Shown here: piece after piece, positions 10,084 through 19,528 of the stretch | Layout: each line of letters starts with the position of its first letter | How positions within the stretch are numbered: position 1 is the first letter of the stretch | NCBI GenBank assembly: GCA_964235485.1 | Contig: CAXSAZ010000019.1 | Span: 8,984 to 72,983, forward strand | Direction: 5' to 3' | Source of the DNA: an uncultured Acetobacteraceae bacterium | Lineage (GTDB): Bacteria; Pseudomonadota; Alphaproteobacteria; Acetobacterales; Acetobacteraceae | DNA length: 64,000 nt | Program-made: the position numbers and the translations under genes | The notes under the pieces: model-generated | What the model was told of the DNA's origin: nothing | The model's database searches: none | The model's input: the letters and a program-made list of their open reading frames with translations, nothing else

Positions 10084-11520
10084 CTACGGAGGCAGCGGTC
10101 CCGGACGGTGCCCGCTCACCGCCGAACCCGCGTCCCGGCGCAGCCGCAGGAAGCTCGGCAGCGACAGGAGCGCCAGCGCCGCCGCCAGCAGGAAGGCGAC
10201 GCGGAACGGCGCCACGGAACCGTGCAGCCCCACCGCCGGGCCGGCCGCCTGCGCCGCGTGCAGCAGCACGGCGCCGAGCGCGATGCCCATGCCCACCGCC
10301 GCCTGAAAGGCCGTGTTGAACAAGGTGTTCGCCGCCCCGGTCTGCACCGCCGGCACCTCCGCGAAGGCCAGGGTGTTGAGGCTGGTGAACTGCAGGGACC
10401 GGCTGGCCCCGGCCAGCGCCAGCAGCGCCGCCGCCACCGGCAGTGGCGTGCCCGGCCCGATCAGCGCGCACCCGCCGATGGCCAGCGCGTTCCCCAGCGT
10501 GTTGCCCAGCAGCACGCCGCGAAACCCGTGCCGCCGCAGGATGCCGGAGGTCCACGGCTTGATGCCCAGGTTGGTCATCCCGTACCACAGCACCAGCAGC
10601 CCCGACACGAACGGGTCCATGCCCAGCCCGACCTGGAACAGCAGCGGCAGCAGGAACGGCAGGGTGCTGATGGACACGCGCGACACGAACCCGCCGGTCA
10701 TGGTGGCGCGGAAGGACGGCACCGCGAAGGCGCCCAGCCCGACCAGCGGGTGCGCGTGCCGCCGGGCATGGCGCAGGGCCAGGAATCCCGCCACCCCGCT
10801 CGCCCCCAGCGCGGCGGCGGCGGTGGCCATCGCCTGCGCGCCGCCGCCCGGCGCCGCGTGGCCCAGCAGGTCGAACGCATACAACAGCAAGGCCAGCGCC
10901 AGCCCGTTCAGCGCGAAGCCTAACCTGTCAAACGGCCGAGGCTCCTGCTCTCTTGCGTCGCGGATCAGGAACCACGCAAGCACAAGGCCGGCCATGCCGA
11001 GCGGCACGTTGAGGAAGAAGATCCAGCGCCAGGACGCATAGGTGGCGATGAAGCCGCCCACCGGCGGCCCGAGCACGGGCGCCACCAGCGCCGGCCAGGT
11101 CAGGGTGGCCATGGCCCGCATCAGGTCCGGCTTGGCCGTGCCGCGCAGCACCACCAGCCGGCCCACCGGCACCATCAGCGCGCCGCCGCCCCCTTGCAGG
11201 ATGCGCGCCGCCGTGAACTCCCACCGCCCCTGGCTCAGCCCGCACAGCACGGACGCAACCGTGAACAGCGCGATGGCCGCCATGAACACCCGGCGCGCGC
11301 CGAACCGGTCGGCGGCCCAGCCGCTGGCCGGGATGAACACCGCAAGCGTCAGCAGGTAGGCGGTCATGCCGATGGCGAGCGAAGCCGGCGTGGTGCCGAA
11401 CGACTGCGCCATCTGCGGCAGCGCGGTCGCGATCACCGTGCCGTCCAGGTTCTCCATGAAGAACGCCCCGGCGACGAGCAGGGCAACGGGGGACAGCCGG
11501 CGGGACGGGGGCGCGGTCAA
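10084..11520 (-). CDS. DHA2-family MFS drug/metabolite exporter
   Basis: FMENLDGTVIATALP, SGWAADRFGARRVF, SWRWIFFLNVPLG; start codon (TTG) uncertain. Confidence 0.88.
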   Translation of the reverse strand: MTAPPSRRLSPVALLVAGAFFMENLDGTVIATALPQMAQSFGTTPASLAIGMTAYLLTLAVFIPASGWAADRFGARRVFMAAIALFTVASVLCGLSQGRWEFTAARILQGGGGALMVPVGRLVVLRGTAKPDLMRAMATLTWPALVAPVLGPPVGGFIATYASWRWIFFLNVPLGMAGLVLAWFLIRDAREQEPRPFDRLGFALNGLALALLLYAFDLLGHAAPGGGAQAMATAAAALGASGVAGFLALRHARRHAHPLVGLGAFAVPSFRATMTGGFVSRVSISTLPFLLPLLFQVGLGMDPFVSGLLVLWYGMTNLGIKPWTSGILRRHGFRGVLLGNTLGNALAIGGCALIGPGTPLPVAAALLALAGASRSLQFTSLNTLAFAEVPAVQTGAANTLFNTAFQAAVGMGIALGAVLLHAAQAAGPAVGLHGSVAPFRVAFLLAAALALLSLPSFLRLRRDAGSAVSGHRPGPLPP

Positions 11521-11631
11521 TCGGGAACCCTCAAGCGGAGCCCGACCCTTACCACCGCCTGCGCCGTTCAAGAACCCGGGGCGGACGCGGGCCGGACCGC
11601 CCGGCCGACGCCGCCCCCGGGACCGCTCCGA

Positions 11632-12852
11632 TCAGGGATATGCGCCGCGGGTGGCCAACTGGCGGATGAGGTCGGTCTCGAAGGTGCGGTACGGCGTGCC
11701 GTCCGGGCGGAAGATGTCGTGCTGCCACACAGGCGGATCCTCCGAAACGTAGGAGTATGGCCATCTCTGGTCAGGCTCGATCAGCACGCGGAAGGCGGTG
11801 CCGCCCAGCGCCTCCGCGGTGGTGTAGGGGTGCTGCCACGAGGCCCACGGCAGGATGGTCTGGCTCCTGCCGGACACCAGGCCCCAGTTGAACGCGCCGA
11901 CGCCGGCCCGCCGCGCGACGACAAGGCTGCCTTCAAACAGGCTGTTCGAGGTGCGCGACATGAACTCCGTGCAGATCACCGGACGGCCGTAGCGCCGGAG
12001 CCAGCCGATCCGCTGGGAAAAGTCCTCGACGAAGCCGTAATTGTGGAAGGTGGTGATGTCGGACAAGGCGAGCTGGATGGCCTGGGTCTGGTTGAGGTTG
12101 CCCGGCTCCGACCAGTCGCCGGCCCAGACCGCGCTCGTTATCGGCTGGGTGGGTGCGCCGTTGCGCGCCCAGCGGAACACCTGCGGCAGCAGCCCGTTCA
12201 CCAGCGCGACCTTGTTCGGCGGCTCCTGCGGGCCGTAGCTGTTGCCGTTGGTGTTGTCCGGCTCGTTCCACAGGTCCCAGAACAGGATGCGCGGGTCGCG
12301 GGCGAAGCTGCCCACGATGTCCTCGACGTAGGATTGCAGCGCCGGGTATTGGCCGGGGTCCTGCAGCACCGCCGCGCCCGGCGCCTGCACCCAGCGCGAG
12401 TTGTGCACCCCCGGCACTGGCGGCTGCTGCGGGCCGAGCTTCGGAAACGGGTCCCAGCAGGAATCGAACAGCACGAGGACCGGCCGGATGCCATGGGCGG
12501 CGGCGATGGACAGCACGCGGTTGATCCGCGACTTGAACCCGGCGGCGTCCTGCTGCCACAGCAGGTCGTGCAGGAACACGCGCACGCTGTTCATGCCGAT
12601 GCCTGCGGCCCAGCCCAGCTCGCGCTCGATGGTCACGGGGTCGAAGGTGTCGGCCTGGAACATCTCGAACTGGTTGGAAGCGGTGGACGGCAGGAAGTTG
12701 CAGCCGACCGGCCAGGGCTGCGCCCCATACCAGCGGTTGGCGCGGTCAGCCGACCAAGGCGCGGCGTCCGCGCCCCAAGCCGTTCCGAAGCTGGCAACGG
12801 CGGCCGTGCTTGCAGCAGCCGCGAACAGCCCGCGGCGGGTGATGGTTCCCAT
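11632..12852 (-). CDS. Tat-exported clan GH-A glycoside hydrolase (GH5-like, xylanase/cellulase-type)
   Basis: TRRGLF twin-arginine signal; WDLWNEP acid/base and ICTEF nucleophile motifs. Confidence 0.85.
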   Translation of the reverse strand: MGTITRRGLFAAAASTAAVASFGTAWGADAAPWSADRANRWYGAQPWPVGCNFLPSTASNQFEMFQADTFDPVTIERELGWAAGIGMNSVRVFLHDLLWQQDAAGFKSRINRVLSIAAAHGIRPVLVLFDSCWDPFPKLGPQQPPVPGVHNSRWVQAPGAAVLQDPGQYPALQSYVEDIVGSFARDPRILFWDLWNEPDNTNGNSYGPQEPPNKVALVNGLLPQVFRWARNGAPTQPITSAVWAGDWSEPGNLNQTQAIQLALSDITTFHNYGFVEDFSQRIGWLRRYGRPVICTEFMSRTSNSLFEGSLVVARRAGVGAFNWGLVSGRSQTILPWASWQHPYTTAEALGGTAFRVLIEPDQRWPYSYVSEDPPVWQHDIFRPDGTPYRTFETDLIRQLATRGAYP

Positions 12853-13217
12853 GCGTTTCTCCCCTTGGTCTTTTTTAGCCTTCTACCGACGATAGATGAA
12901 AGTCCTGGCAAAAGGCATAGGGGTAGAGCCGACCGAGAGGATTCAGGCCTACACTGTGCTTGGAACAACACAGCACAACTTTCAAGGGAATGTCAGGAGG
13001 TGTTCTACATCAGATGTGCTTCATGGCGGCCTCCATCCATGCCGAAGGACAACGGCAAGAACCGGTTGGCGCGCCGCAGGCTGGATGGCGACCGGACCCT
13101 TTGGCCGCGCCAGCGCGAACCCGTTGCTCCCGCCCGCCCGCGGAACCGGCAGCAAGCAGCGGGTGTTCCGGCTCGCACGCCGTCCCACCTTGAAGAAAAC
13201 GCCCAAGGAGAACCGCC

Positions 13218-14369
13218 ATGCTGAACGACCACCAGGAACTGCGTGAAGCCGTGCGCGCCTTGTGCGCGAGCTTTCCCGCCGAGTATCACCGCAAGATCGA
13301 CGCGGAGCGCGGCTACCCCGAAGCCTTTGTCGATGCGCTGACGCAGGCCGGCTGGCTCGCCGCGCTGATCCCGGAGGAGTACGGCGGGTCGGGCCTCGGG
13401 TTGACCGAGGCTTCGGTGATCATGGAGGAGATCAACCGTGGCGGCGGGAACTCCGGCGCCTGCCACGGCCAGATGTACAACATGGGCACGCTGCTCCGCC
13501 ACGGTTCCGAGGCACAGAAGCGCGAGTACCTGCCCCGCATCGCGTCCGGCGCGCTGCGCCTGCAGTCCATGGCCGTCACCGAGCCGACAACCGGCACGGA
13601 CACCACCAAGATCAAGACGGTGGCCGTGCGCCGGGGCGACCGCTACGTGGTGAACGGCCAGAAGGTGTGGACCTCGCGCGTGCAGCATTCGGACCTGATG
13701 ATCCTGCTCGCGCGCACCACGCCGCTGCCGGAGGTCACGAAGAAGTCGGAAGGCATGTCGGTCTTCATCGTCGATCTGCGCCAGGCGGTCGGCCGCGGCC
13801 TCACCGTCCGGCCGATCCCGAACATGGTCAACCACGAAACCAACGAGTTGTTCTTCGACGACCTGGAGATCCCGGCGGAGAACCTGATCGGCGAGGAAGG
13901 CAAGGGCTTCAGGTACATCCTCGACGGCCTGAACGCCGAGCGCGCGCTGATCGCAGCCGAGTGCATCGGCGACGGCTACTGGTTCATCGACAAGGTCGTG
14001 CCCTACGTCAAGGAGCGCACCGTGTTCGGCCGCCCTATCGGCCAGAACCAGGGCGTGCAGTTTCCCATCGCCGAGGCCCACATCGAGATCGAGGCCGCCA
14101 ACCTGATGCGCTTCGAGGCGTGCCGCCGCTTCGACGCGCGCGAGCCGTGCGGGGCGCAGGCCAACATGGCCAAGTACCTCGCGGCCAAGGCGTCCTGGGA
14201 AGCGGCCAACGCCTGCCTGCAGTTCCATGGCGGCTTCGGCTTTGCCAACGAGTACGACATCGAGCGCAAGTTCCGCGAAACGCGGCTGTACCAGGTGGCG
14301 CCGATCAGCACCAACCTGATCCTCAGCCACGTCGCCGAGCACGTGCTCGGCCTGCCGCGCAGCTTTTGA
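13218..14369 (+). CDS. Acyl-CoA dehydrogenase
   Basis: AVTEPTTGTD, VNGQKVWTS, NQGVQFPIAE, FHGGFGFANEY motifs. Confidence 0.93.
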   Translation: MLNDHQELREAVRALCASFPAEYHRKIDAERGYPEAFVDALTQAGWLAALIPEEYGGSGLGLTEASVIMEEINRGGGNSGACHGQMYNMGTLLRHGSEAQKREYLPRIASGALRLQSMAVTEPTTGTDTTKIKTVAVRRGDRYVVNGQKVWTSRVQHSDLMILLARTTPLPEVTKKSEGMSVFIVDLRQAVGRGLTVRPIPNMVNHETNELFFDDLEIPAENLIGEEGKGFRYILDGLNAERALIAAECIGDGYWFIDKVVPYVKERTVFGRPIGQNQGVQFPIAEAHIEIEAANLMRFEACRRFDAREPCGAQANMAKYLAAKASWEAANACLQFHGGFGFANEYDIERKFRETRLYQVAPISTNLILSHVAEHVLGLPRSF

Positions 14370-14383
14370 CGGGAAACGGGACC

Positions 14384-15514
14384 ATGGCGGGATCGAAGCC
14401 GCTGGCAGGCCTGCTCGTCGCGTCGATGGAGCAGGCCGTCGCGGCGCCCTACTGCACCTCGCGCCTCGCCGACGCCGGGGCGCGCGTGGTCAAGGTCGAG
14501 CGGGCGGAGGGCGACTTCGCCCGCGGCTACGACGATGCCGCGAAGGGGTCGTCGAGCTACTTCGTGTGGCTGAACCGCGGCAAGGAAAGCCTGGTCCTCG
14601 ACATCAAGGCGCCGGAGGACAAGGCGCTGCTCACCCGCCTGGTCGCAGCCGCCGACGTTTTCGTCCAGAACCTGGCGCCCGGCGCCGCGGCCCGCGCCGG
14701 CTTCGGCTCGGAGGCGCTGCGGGCGCGGCACCCGCGCCTCGTCACCGTGGACATTTCCGGCTACGGCGACGGCGGCGACTACGCCCGGATGAAGGCTTAC
14801 GACCTGCTCGTGCAGGCCGAAAGCGGGCTGTGCAGCGTGACCGGGCGGCCGGAAGGGCCGGGCCGGGTCGGCGTTTCGGCCTGCGACATCGCCTGCGGCA
14901 TGAACGCCCACGCCGCGGTGCTGGAGGCGCTGATCGAGCGCGGGGCGACCGGCCGGGGCAAGGGCATCGCGGTGTCCTTGTTCGACGGCATGGCGGATTG
15001 GATGAACGTCCCGCTGCTCTGCTTCGAGGGCACGGGCGAGGCGCCCCGGCGCATCGGCTTGGCCCATCCCTCCATCTGCCCCTACGGCGCATTCGAGACG
15101 CGGGACGGGGCGCTGGTGCTGGTCTCGATCCAGAACGAGCGCGAATGGGCGGAGTTCTGCGCCCGCTTCCTCCAACAGCCGGACCTGCCGGCGCGCGAAG
15201 GGTTCCGGAGCAACGTGGAACGGGTGGCGCACTGGGCCGCCGTGGACGCCCGCATCGCCGAAACCTTCCGCGCCCTGACCCGCGACGAGTGCGCGGCGCG
15301 GCTGCGCGCGGCCAACACCGCCTACGGCTTCGTCAACGACGTGGCCGCCTTTGCGCGCCACCCGGCGCTGCGCCGCGTCGTGCTCGACACCCCCGGCGGT
15401 TCCGTGGCCGTGGCGGCGCCCGCGCCGCGCTTCAGCGACGGCGAGCGCGAACTCGGCGCGGTGCCGGCGCTCGGCGAGCACACGGCGCGGCTCCGGGCGG
15501 AGTTCGCCGGGTGA
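14384..15514 (+). CDS. CaiB/BaiF family III CoA-transferase
   Basis: EQAVAAPYCT.LAD.GA.VVKVE, WLNRGKES, DVFVQNLAPG motifs. Confidence 0.92.
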   Translation: MAGSKPLAGLLVASMEQAVAAPYCTSRLADAGARVVKVERAEGDFARGYDDAAKGSSSYFVWLNRGKESLVLDIKAPEDKALLTRLVAAADVFVQNLAPGAAARAGFGSEALRARHPRLVTVDISGYGDGGDYARMKAYDLLVQAESGLCSVTGRPEGPGRVGVSACDIACGMNAHAAVLEALIERGATGRGKGIAVSLFDGMADWMNVPLLCFEGTGEAPRRIGLAHPSICPYGAFETRDGALVLVSIQNEREWAEFCARFLQQPDLPAREGFRSNVERVAHWAAVDARIAETFRALTRDECAARLRAANTAYGFVNDVAAFARHPALRRVVLDTPGGSVAVAAPAPRFSDGERELGAVPALGEHTARLRAEFAG

Positions 15515-15615
15515 CCCGGCGGACGGCGCCCGCCTGAACGTGGGGAGGGCCTGTCGCGCACGGACGCGGGGTGTGCCATGGCGGTGCGACACGTGCCGAA
15601 AGGAGTTCAAGCGCC

Positions 15616-16869
15616 TTGGAAACAGCCCACGAGATCATCCTGGCCGCCGGCGTGCTGTGCCTGCTCGCCACCTGCGCCGGGCTGGTTTCGGCGCGGATCG
15701 GCACGCCCTTGCTGCTGGCCTTCATCGGGATCGGGATGCTGGCGGGCGAGGACGGTCCCGGAGGCATCCAGTTCGACGATTTCCGGACCGCTTACCTGGT
15801 CGGCAGCTTGGCGCTCGCCGCCATCCTGTTCCAAGGCGGGCTGAGCACCGAGCGCGGCATGATCGAGCAGGCGCTCTGGCCCGCGGTTGCCCTGGCCACG
15901 GCCGGGGTGGCGATCAGCGCCGGCGTGGTCGGGGCGGCGGTCGTCCTCCTGTTCGGCGTGTCCTGGCCGGAGGCGCTGCTGCTCGGGGCGGCCACGGCGC
16001 CCACGGACGCGGCGGCCGTTTCCGTCCTGCTGCGCGTGTCCCGCATTGAGGTGCCGTCGCGCGTGTCCGCGGCGTTGGAGGTGGAATCGGGGCTGAACGA
16101 CCCGATGAGCGTGTTCCTCACCGTGGGCCTCGTCGAGTTCCTGACCGCGCCCGAAGGGATGGACGCGGGCCACGCGGCGCTGCTGTTCGGGGAGGAGATG
16201 GGTGGCGGAACCGTGATCGGCCTGGCCAGCGGCTACGCGCTGCTCCGGCTGTTCCGCTGGCTGGACGTGGAGCGGTCGGTGTTCCCCGTGTTTGCCGTGG
16301 GCGGCGCGCTCGCGACCTTCGGGGCCGCGCAGGTGCTCGGCGCGAGCGGGTTCCTGGCGGTTTACCTGGCCGGCGCGGTCGTGGGCAACGCCGAGCACCC
16401 GGCGTCGCAGCCCATCACCCGCTTCTTCGGGGCGCTCGGCTGGCTGGCGCAGATCGCGCTTTTCCTCATGCTCGGCCTCCTGGTCACGCCGCACGAGCTG
16501 CCGCCGGTGATCGTGCCCGCGCTTGCCGTTTCGGCGGTGCTGATCCTGGTCGCCCGGCCGGTCGGGGTTGCGGCCTGCCTGCTGCCGTTCCGCTGGACGG
16601 TGCGGGAAACGGCGTTCGTCGCTTGGGCCGGCCTGCGCGGCGCCGTGCCGATCTTCCTGACCACCATTCCCCTGCTGGCAGGCGTCAGGGCCGGGCGGGC
16701 GTTGTTTGATATCGTGTTCGTGGCGGTGATCGTGTCCGTCGCCGTGCAAGGCTGGACCGCCGCGTCGGCGGCCCGTTTGCTTGGGTTGAAGGGGGACCCT
16801 CCTGAGCAGCCGGCCTTGCCGCGTGCCGGCCCAAGCCCATCGGCCGACGCGACCGCCGCGCGGCGCTGA
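15616..16869 (+). CDS. K+/H+ antiporter (NhaP2/CvrA-like, membrane domain)
   Basis: GEDGPGGI, TDAAAV, ESGLNDPM, SGFLAVY, GLRGAVPI; TTG start assumed. Confidence 0.88.
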   Translation: METAHEIILAAGVLCLLATCAGLVSARIGTPLLLAFIGIGMLAGEDGPGGIQFDDFRTAYLVGSLALAAILFQGGLSTERGMIEQALWPAVALATAGVAISAGVVGAAVVLLFGVSWPEALLLGAATAPTDAAAVSVLLRVSRIEVPSRVSAALEVESGLNDPMSVFLTVGLVEFLTAPEGMDAGHAALLFGEEMGGGTVIGLASGYALLRLFRWLDVERSVFPVFAVGGALATFGAAQVLGASGFLAVYLAGAVVGNAEHPASQPITRFFGALGWLAQIALFLMLGLLVTPHELPPVIVPALAVSAVLILVARPVGVAACLLPFRWTVRETAFVAWAGLRGAVPIFLTTIPLLAGVRAGRALFDIVFVAVIVSVAVQGWTAASAARLLGLKGDPPEQPALPRAGPSPSADATAARR

Positions 16870-16886
16870 CCGGCTGGCCGCGCCGG

Positions 16887-17327
16887 TCAGCGCCGCGCCG
16901 GGTAGGCCGCCTGGCGCGGCCCGTCCGCTGGGACGACCATCCTCCCAACCGGCCAAAGCGCGATGCCCGCCAGCTTCAGGTGCGCCCACGCGAACGGCAG
17001 GCCGATGATCGTGAGCGCCAGCCCGGCCGCGACGACGAGGTGCCCAATCGCCAGCCACCACCCCGCCAGCACGAACCAGATCACGTTGCCGAGGAAGCCG
17101 AGCGGTCCCGTCCCGAGGTCGTCCCGTCCGGTGTGCTCGTCCCGCTGCACGACCCGGTGGCCGAACGGCAGCAGCGTGTAGAGCGCGATGTTGAAGGCCG
17201 CCCGCGCCCATGGCAGGCCGATGATCGTGATGGCCAGCACCACGCCCGCGACGAGCCACGCCGCTGCCATCCAAACGCCGCCGAAGATGACCCATGCGAT
17301 GTTCAAGAGCAGGCGCAAAGCCGTCAT
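16887..17327 (-). CDS. yccF: YccF-domain inner membrane protein
   Basis: LLNIAWVIFGG, TIIGLPW...LLPFG, GNVIWFVLAGWWLA duplicated YccF motifs. Confidence 0.88.
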   Translation of the reverse strand: MTALRLLLNIAWVIFGGVWMAAAWLVAGVVLAITIIGLPWARAAFNIALYTLLPFGHRVVQRDEHTGRDDLGTGPLGFLGNVIWFVLAGWWLAIGHLVVAAGLALTIIGLPFAWAHLKLAGIALWPVGRMVVPADGPRQAAYPARR

Positions 17328-17542
17328 GGGATGCCTTTCAGGGTTCGAGGCGGAGCGGGAAGCTCCGGACGGCCCTGATATAAGGGCGCAGGCCGCCTCT
17401 GTCCCGGCATCATGCTCGCGGCATCGTCTGGAACCGGCTTGACAAAGAGTTCCCGCGCCAAGGCAAGCTGCCATGCCGGGCTTGCCGCATGAACGGCGGC
17501 GGGCCAAAAGGGTTGTTGGCCAGCGATGACCGAGTAAACCCC

Positions 17543-17970
17543 ATGCCCAGCACCTTGCCCGGCGGATTGATCGGCTGCGGGTCCTTCGCGATCAACCACC
17601 TCCATGCGTGGCGGGACATCGCGGGCGTGGAGATCGTCGCGATCTGCGACCGCGACCCGGCCCGCCTTGCCGCCTTGGGCAGCCAGTTCGGCATCGCGCG
17701 GCAGTACACCGACGCCGCCGCCATGCTGGCCGCGGAGGCGCTCGGCTTCGTGGACATCGCCACCGCCGTTCCGAGCCACCGGAGCCTGGTTGAGCTTGCG
17801 GCGCGGCATCGGTTGCCGGTTATCTGCCAGAAGCCGTTCGCGGCCACGATGGCGGACGCCCGCGCCATGGTGGACGCCTGCGCGACCGCCGGCGTTCCCC
17901 TGATGGTGCACGAGAACTTCCGCTGGCAGCACCCGATCCGGCAGGTGCGCGCGGTGATCGACGCCGGGGG
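17543..17970 (+). pseudogene. Gfo/Idh/MocA oxidoreductase, N-terminal fragment
   Basis: LIGCGSFA, HLHAW, ICQKPFA, MVHENFRW; family-like sequence ends abruptly after VIDAGG (~140 aa). Confidence 0.8.
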
Positions 17971-18196
17971 TCCGCTGCTTGACGCGCGGCTCGGCCTGCG
18001 CATCGACCCAGCCGCAATCCATGCTGCTGACGTAGCCCGGCATCCGCTGCAGGCCGTGGCTGCGCGCCCCGTCGCGCTCGGCCGCGACGACGACCCCGGC
18101 CACCGTCCGCGCATCCGCCGGCGCCATGCCCCGGCTTCCGAAGATGGCAGCCACCAGGTCGGTCAGGTCCTCGACGGACAGGGTGGGCGTCTTCAC
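17963..18196 (-). pseudogene. Ldh_2 (malate/L-lactate/ureidoglycolate dehydrogenase) N-terminal fragment
   Basis: AERDGARSHGLQRMPGY (G..SHG motif); family-like sequence ends after ~78 aa at the same junction as the Gfo fragment. Confidence 0.78.
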
Positions 18197-18332
18197 GGCG
18201 TGCACGCTCCCGGCTGCAGGACGGCTCGCTCGGGAATGCTGAAGACCGCTTCCAAGGATGGCAACCATGCCTCCGCCCGAACGGCGCCGCAAGCGTCTGG
18301 CCGGCCTGCCATGCCCGCCGTTCGGGACGGAC

Positions 18333-18635
18333 TCAGCCGTCCGTTTCCGCCGCGGTTTCGCGCTGCCTCCTGCTGATCTCAAGCTCGTAGCGTGCGCGCA
18401 CTGCCGCCGCGTCGTTGCCGTCCTCGCGCTGCTCGGCCTTGGACAGCAGCGTTGAGCGTGCGACTTCCCATTCCAGCGCCCGCATCAGGTGCTTGGCCGC
18501 ATCGAGGTTGCCGATCCGGCACGCTTCATAGAAGGCGGTTGTGATCTGATCGGAAAGCCGCCGTTCGTAGCGCGGCTCGGCCGTCTTGAGCTGCTCGATC
18601 CGCGCCCGGCTCCGGAAGACGCGGAGGTCAGCCAT
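18333..18635 (-). CDS. Small hypothetical protein
   Basis: 100-aa ORF (ERRLSDQITTAFYEACRIGNLDAAKHLMRALE) with protein-like composition; no function assignable. Confidence 0.6.
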   Translation of the reverse strand: MADLRVFRSRARIEQLKTAEPRYERRLSDQITTAFYEACRIGNLDAAKHLMRALEWEVARSTLLSKAEQREDGNDAAAVRARYELEISRRQRETAAETDG

Positions 18636-18823
18636 AGGCGTTGCCCTGTGCCGGACCGGCCACGGGAAGCTTGGCGATCCCGGCGCCCCGTCCTGCCCAG
18701 CCGGGACGGCGGACTTCCGGGAAACCGGCCAGGGCGGAGGCGACGCTCGTGCGCATGGAAGCGGCGGACATGGCAGTTCTGATGTTGACAACCGCTGCAG
18801 GGAAACACGGCCGCCCCGTGCGG

Positions 18824-19114
18824 TCACGTTAGGTTTTGCCGGACCGGGTTGCCGTGATGCGTCCCCTGACGCACCCCGGCGCCGGGCACGGACGCGAACC
18901 TGACGCCAACCCCGGTTCCGTTCTCGTCAAGGAACTGCACGCCGCCCGCTTCCAGGGCGCGGCGGATCGCCGCGAGCGTCGTTTCGCGGGGCCGCACGGT
19001 CTCGTTCTCGATCATGTTCAGCGTCACGGCCGAAACGGCGGCGCGGTGCGCCAGGGTGGCTTGGGTCCATTTCAGCAACCCGCGAGCGGCGCGGATTTGG
19101 GCGGTGTTAATCAT
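18824..19114 (-). CDS. XRE-family helix-turn-helix regulator, divergent from the Y-RNA/rsr/rtcB operon
   Basis: QIRAARGLLKWTQATLAHRAAVSAVTLNMIE...IRRALEAGGVQF, typical alphaproteobacterial XRE protein. Confidence 0.9.
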   Translation of the reverse strand: MINTAQIRAARGLLKWTQATLAHRAAVSAVTLNMIENETVRPRETTLAAIRRALEAGGVQFLDENGTGVGVRFASVPGAGVRQGTHHGNPVRQNLT

Positions 19115-19132
19115 GGCCTCACAGCTTGGCAC

Positions 19133-19155
19133 AAACTTGAGAAAATCTAAAGTTT
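19133..19155. promoter_or_regulatory. Imperfect palindrome, candidate operator
   Basis: AAACTTGAGA-AAA-TCTAAAGTTT (9/10 inverted match), lying between the XRE start codon and the -35 box. Confidence 0.6.
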
Positions 19156-19159
19156 CTTG

Positions 19160-19188
19160 TTGACGTGCAGGAACAAGCGCGTGCATAT
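19160..19188 (+). promoter_or_regulatory. sigma70-type promoter for the Y-RNA array/rsr/rtcB
   Basis: TTGACG-17 nt-GCATAT; predicted start ~19195 coincides with the 5' end of the first RNA stem (19196). Confidence 0.7.
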
Positions 19189-19195
19189 CGCGCCA

Positions 19196-19263
19196 CCGAC
19201 GGGTCGGATGGGTTTGGGTTCTCTTGAAACGAACTCCCAAACCCGGGCATTGATGACCGTTGG
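19196..19263 (+). ncRNA. Y-RNA-like unit 1 (minimal hairpin)
   Basis: Terminal stem CCGACGG/CCGUUGG, then GGGUCGGA / AUGACC bulged-C helix; inner stem GGGUUUGGG/CCCAAACCC capped by GUUC-UCUUGAAAC-GAAC. Confidence 0.65.
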
Positions 19264-19270
19264 GGCTATG

Positions 19271-19374
19271 GCGCGGGCCGGAAGCCAAGGGTTATCCTCC
19301 AGACTGCCAGATGTGGACCGGGAGGTTCACAGCCTCGCAAGGGGCGGCACCCCCTTGGCAACATATGTCCGCGC
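19271..19374 (+). ncRNA. Y-RNA-like unit 2 (multi-hairpin internal domain)
   Basis: GCGCGGG/UCCGCGC stem; GGGCCGGA / AUGUCC module; GCCAAGGG/CCCUUGGC stem; internal CCUCC/GGAGG and GCCUC-GCAA-GGGGC hairpins. Confidence 0.72.
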
Positions 19375-19387
19375 AGCGTGCGTTGGC

Positions 19388-19504
19388 CCGGGCGGGCCGG
19401 AGTTCGACGGTTATCTGTCGTGGGTTCGAGTCCCATCGGCGCTGCAAGGCACCGTAGCTCAGCTTGGTAGAGCAATTGTCGTCGGCGATCCCATGACCGC
19501 CCGG
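19388..19504 (+). ncRNA. yrlA: YrlA-type Y RNA with circularly permuted tRNA-like domain
   Basis: CCGGGCGG/CCGCCCGG stem; GGGCCGGA / AUGACC module; CGACGGU/AUUGUCG stem; T arm GUGGG-UUCGAGU-CCCAU (19420-36), acceptor-like CGGCGCU-GCAA-GGCACCG (19437-54), D arm UA-GCUC-AGCUUGGUA-GAGC-A (19455-74); upstream of Ro60. Confidence 0.88.
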
Positions 19505-19528
19505 CTGGTGAACAGGAAGGAGGCTGGC

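Noticed and set aside
19126-19141. sigma54 promoter TTGGCACAAACTTGAG
   Set aside because: Spacing is one base short of GG-N10-GC and the -12 GC is absent; no RtcR-type activator nearby.
19420-19474. Canonical tRNA gene
   Set aside because: The T arm precedes the D arm, there is no anticodon arm or CCA end, and the acceptor stem is loop-closed; it is interpreted as a Y RNA domain.
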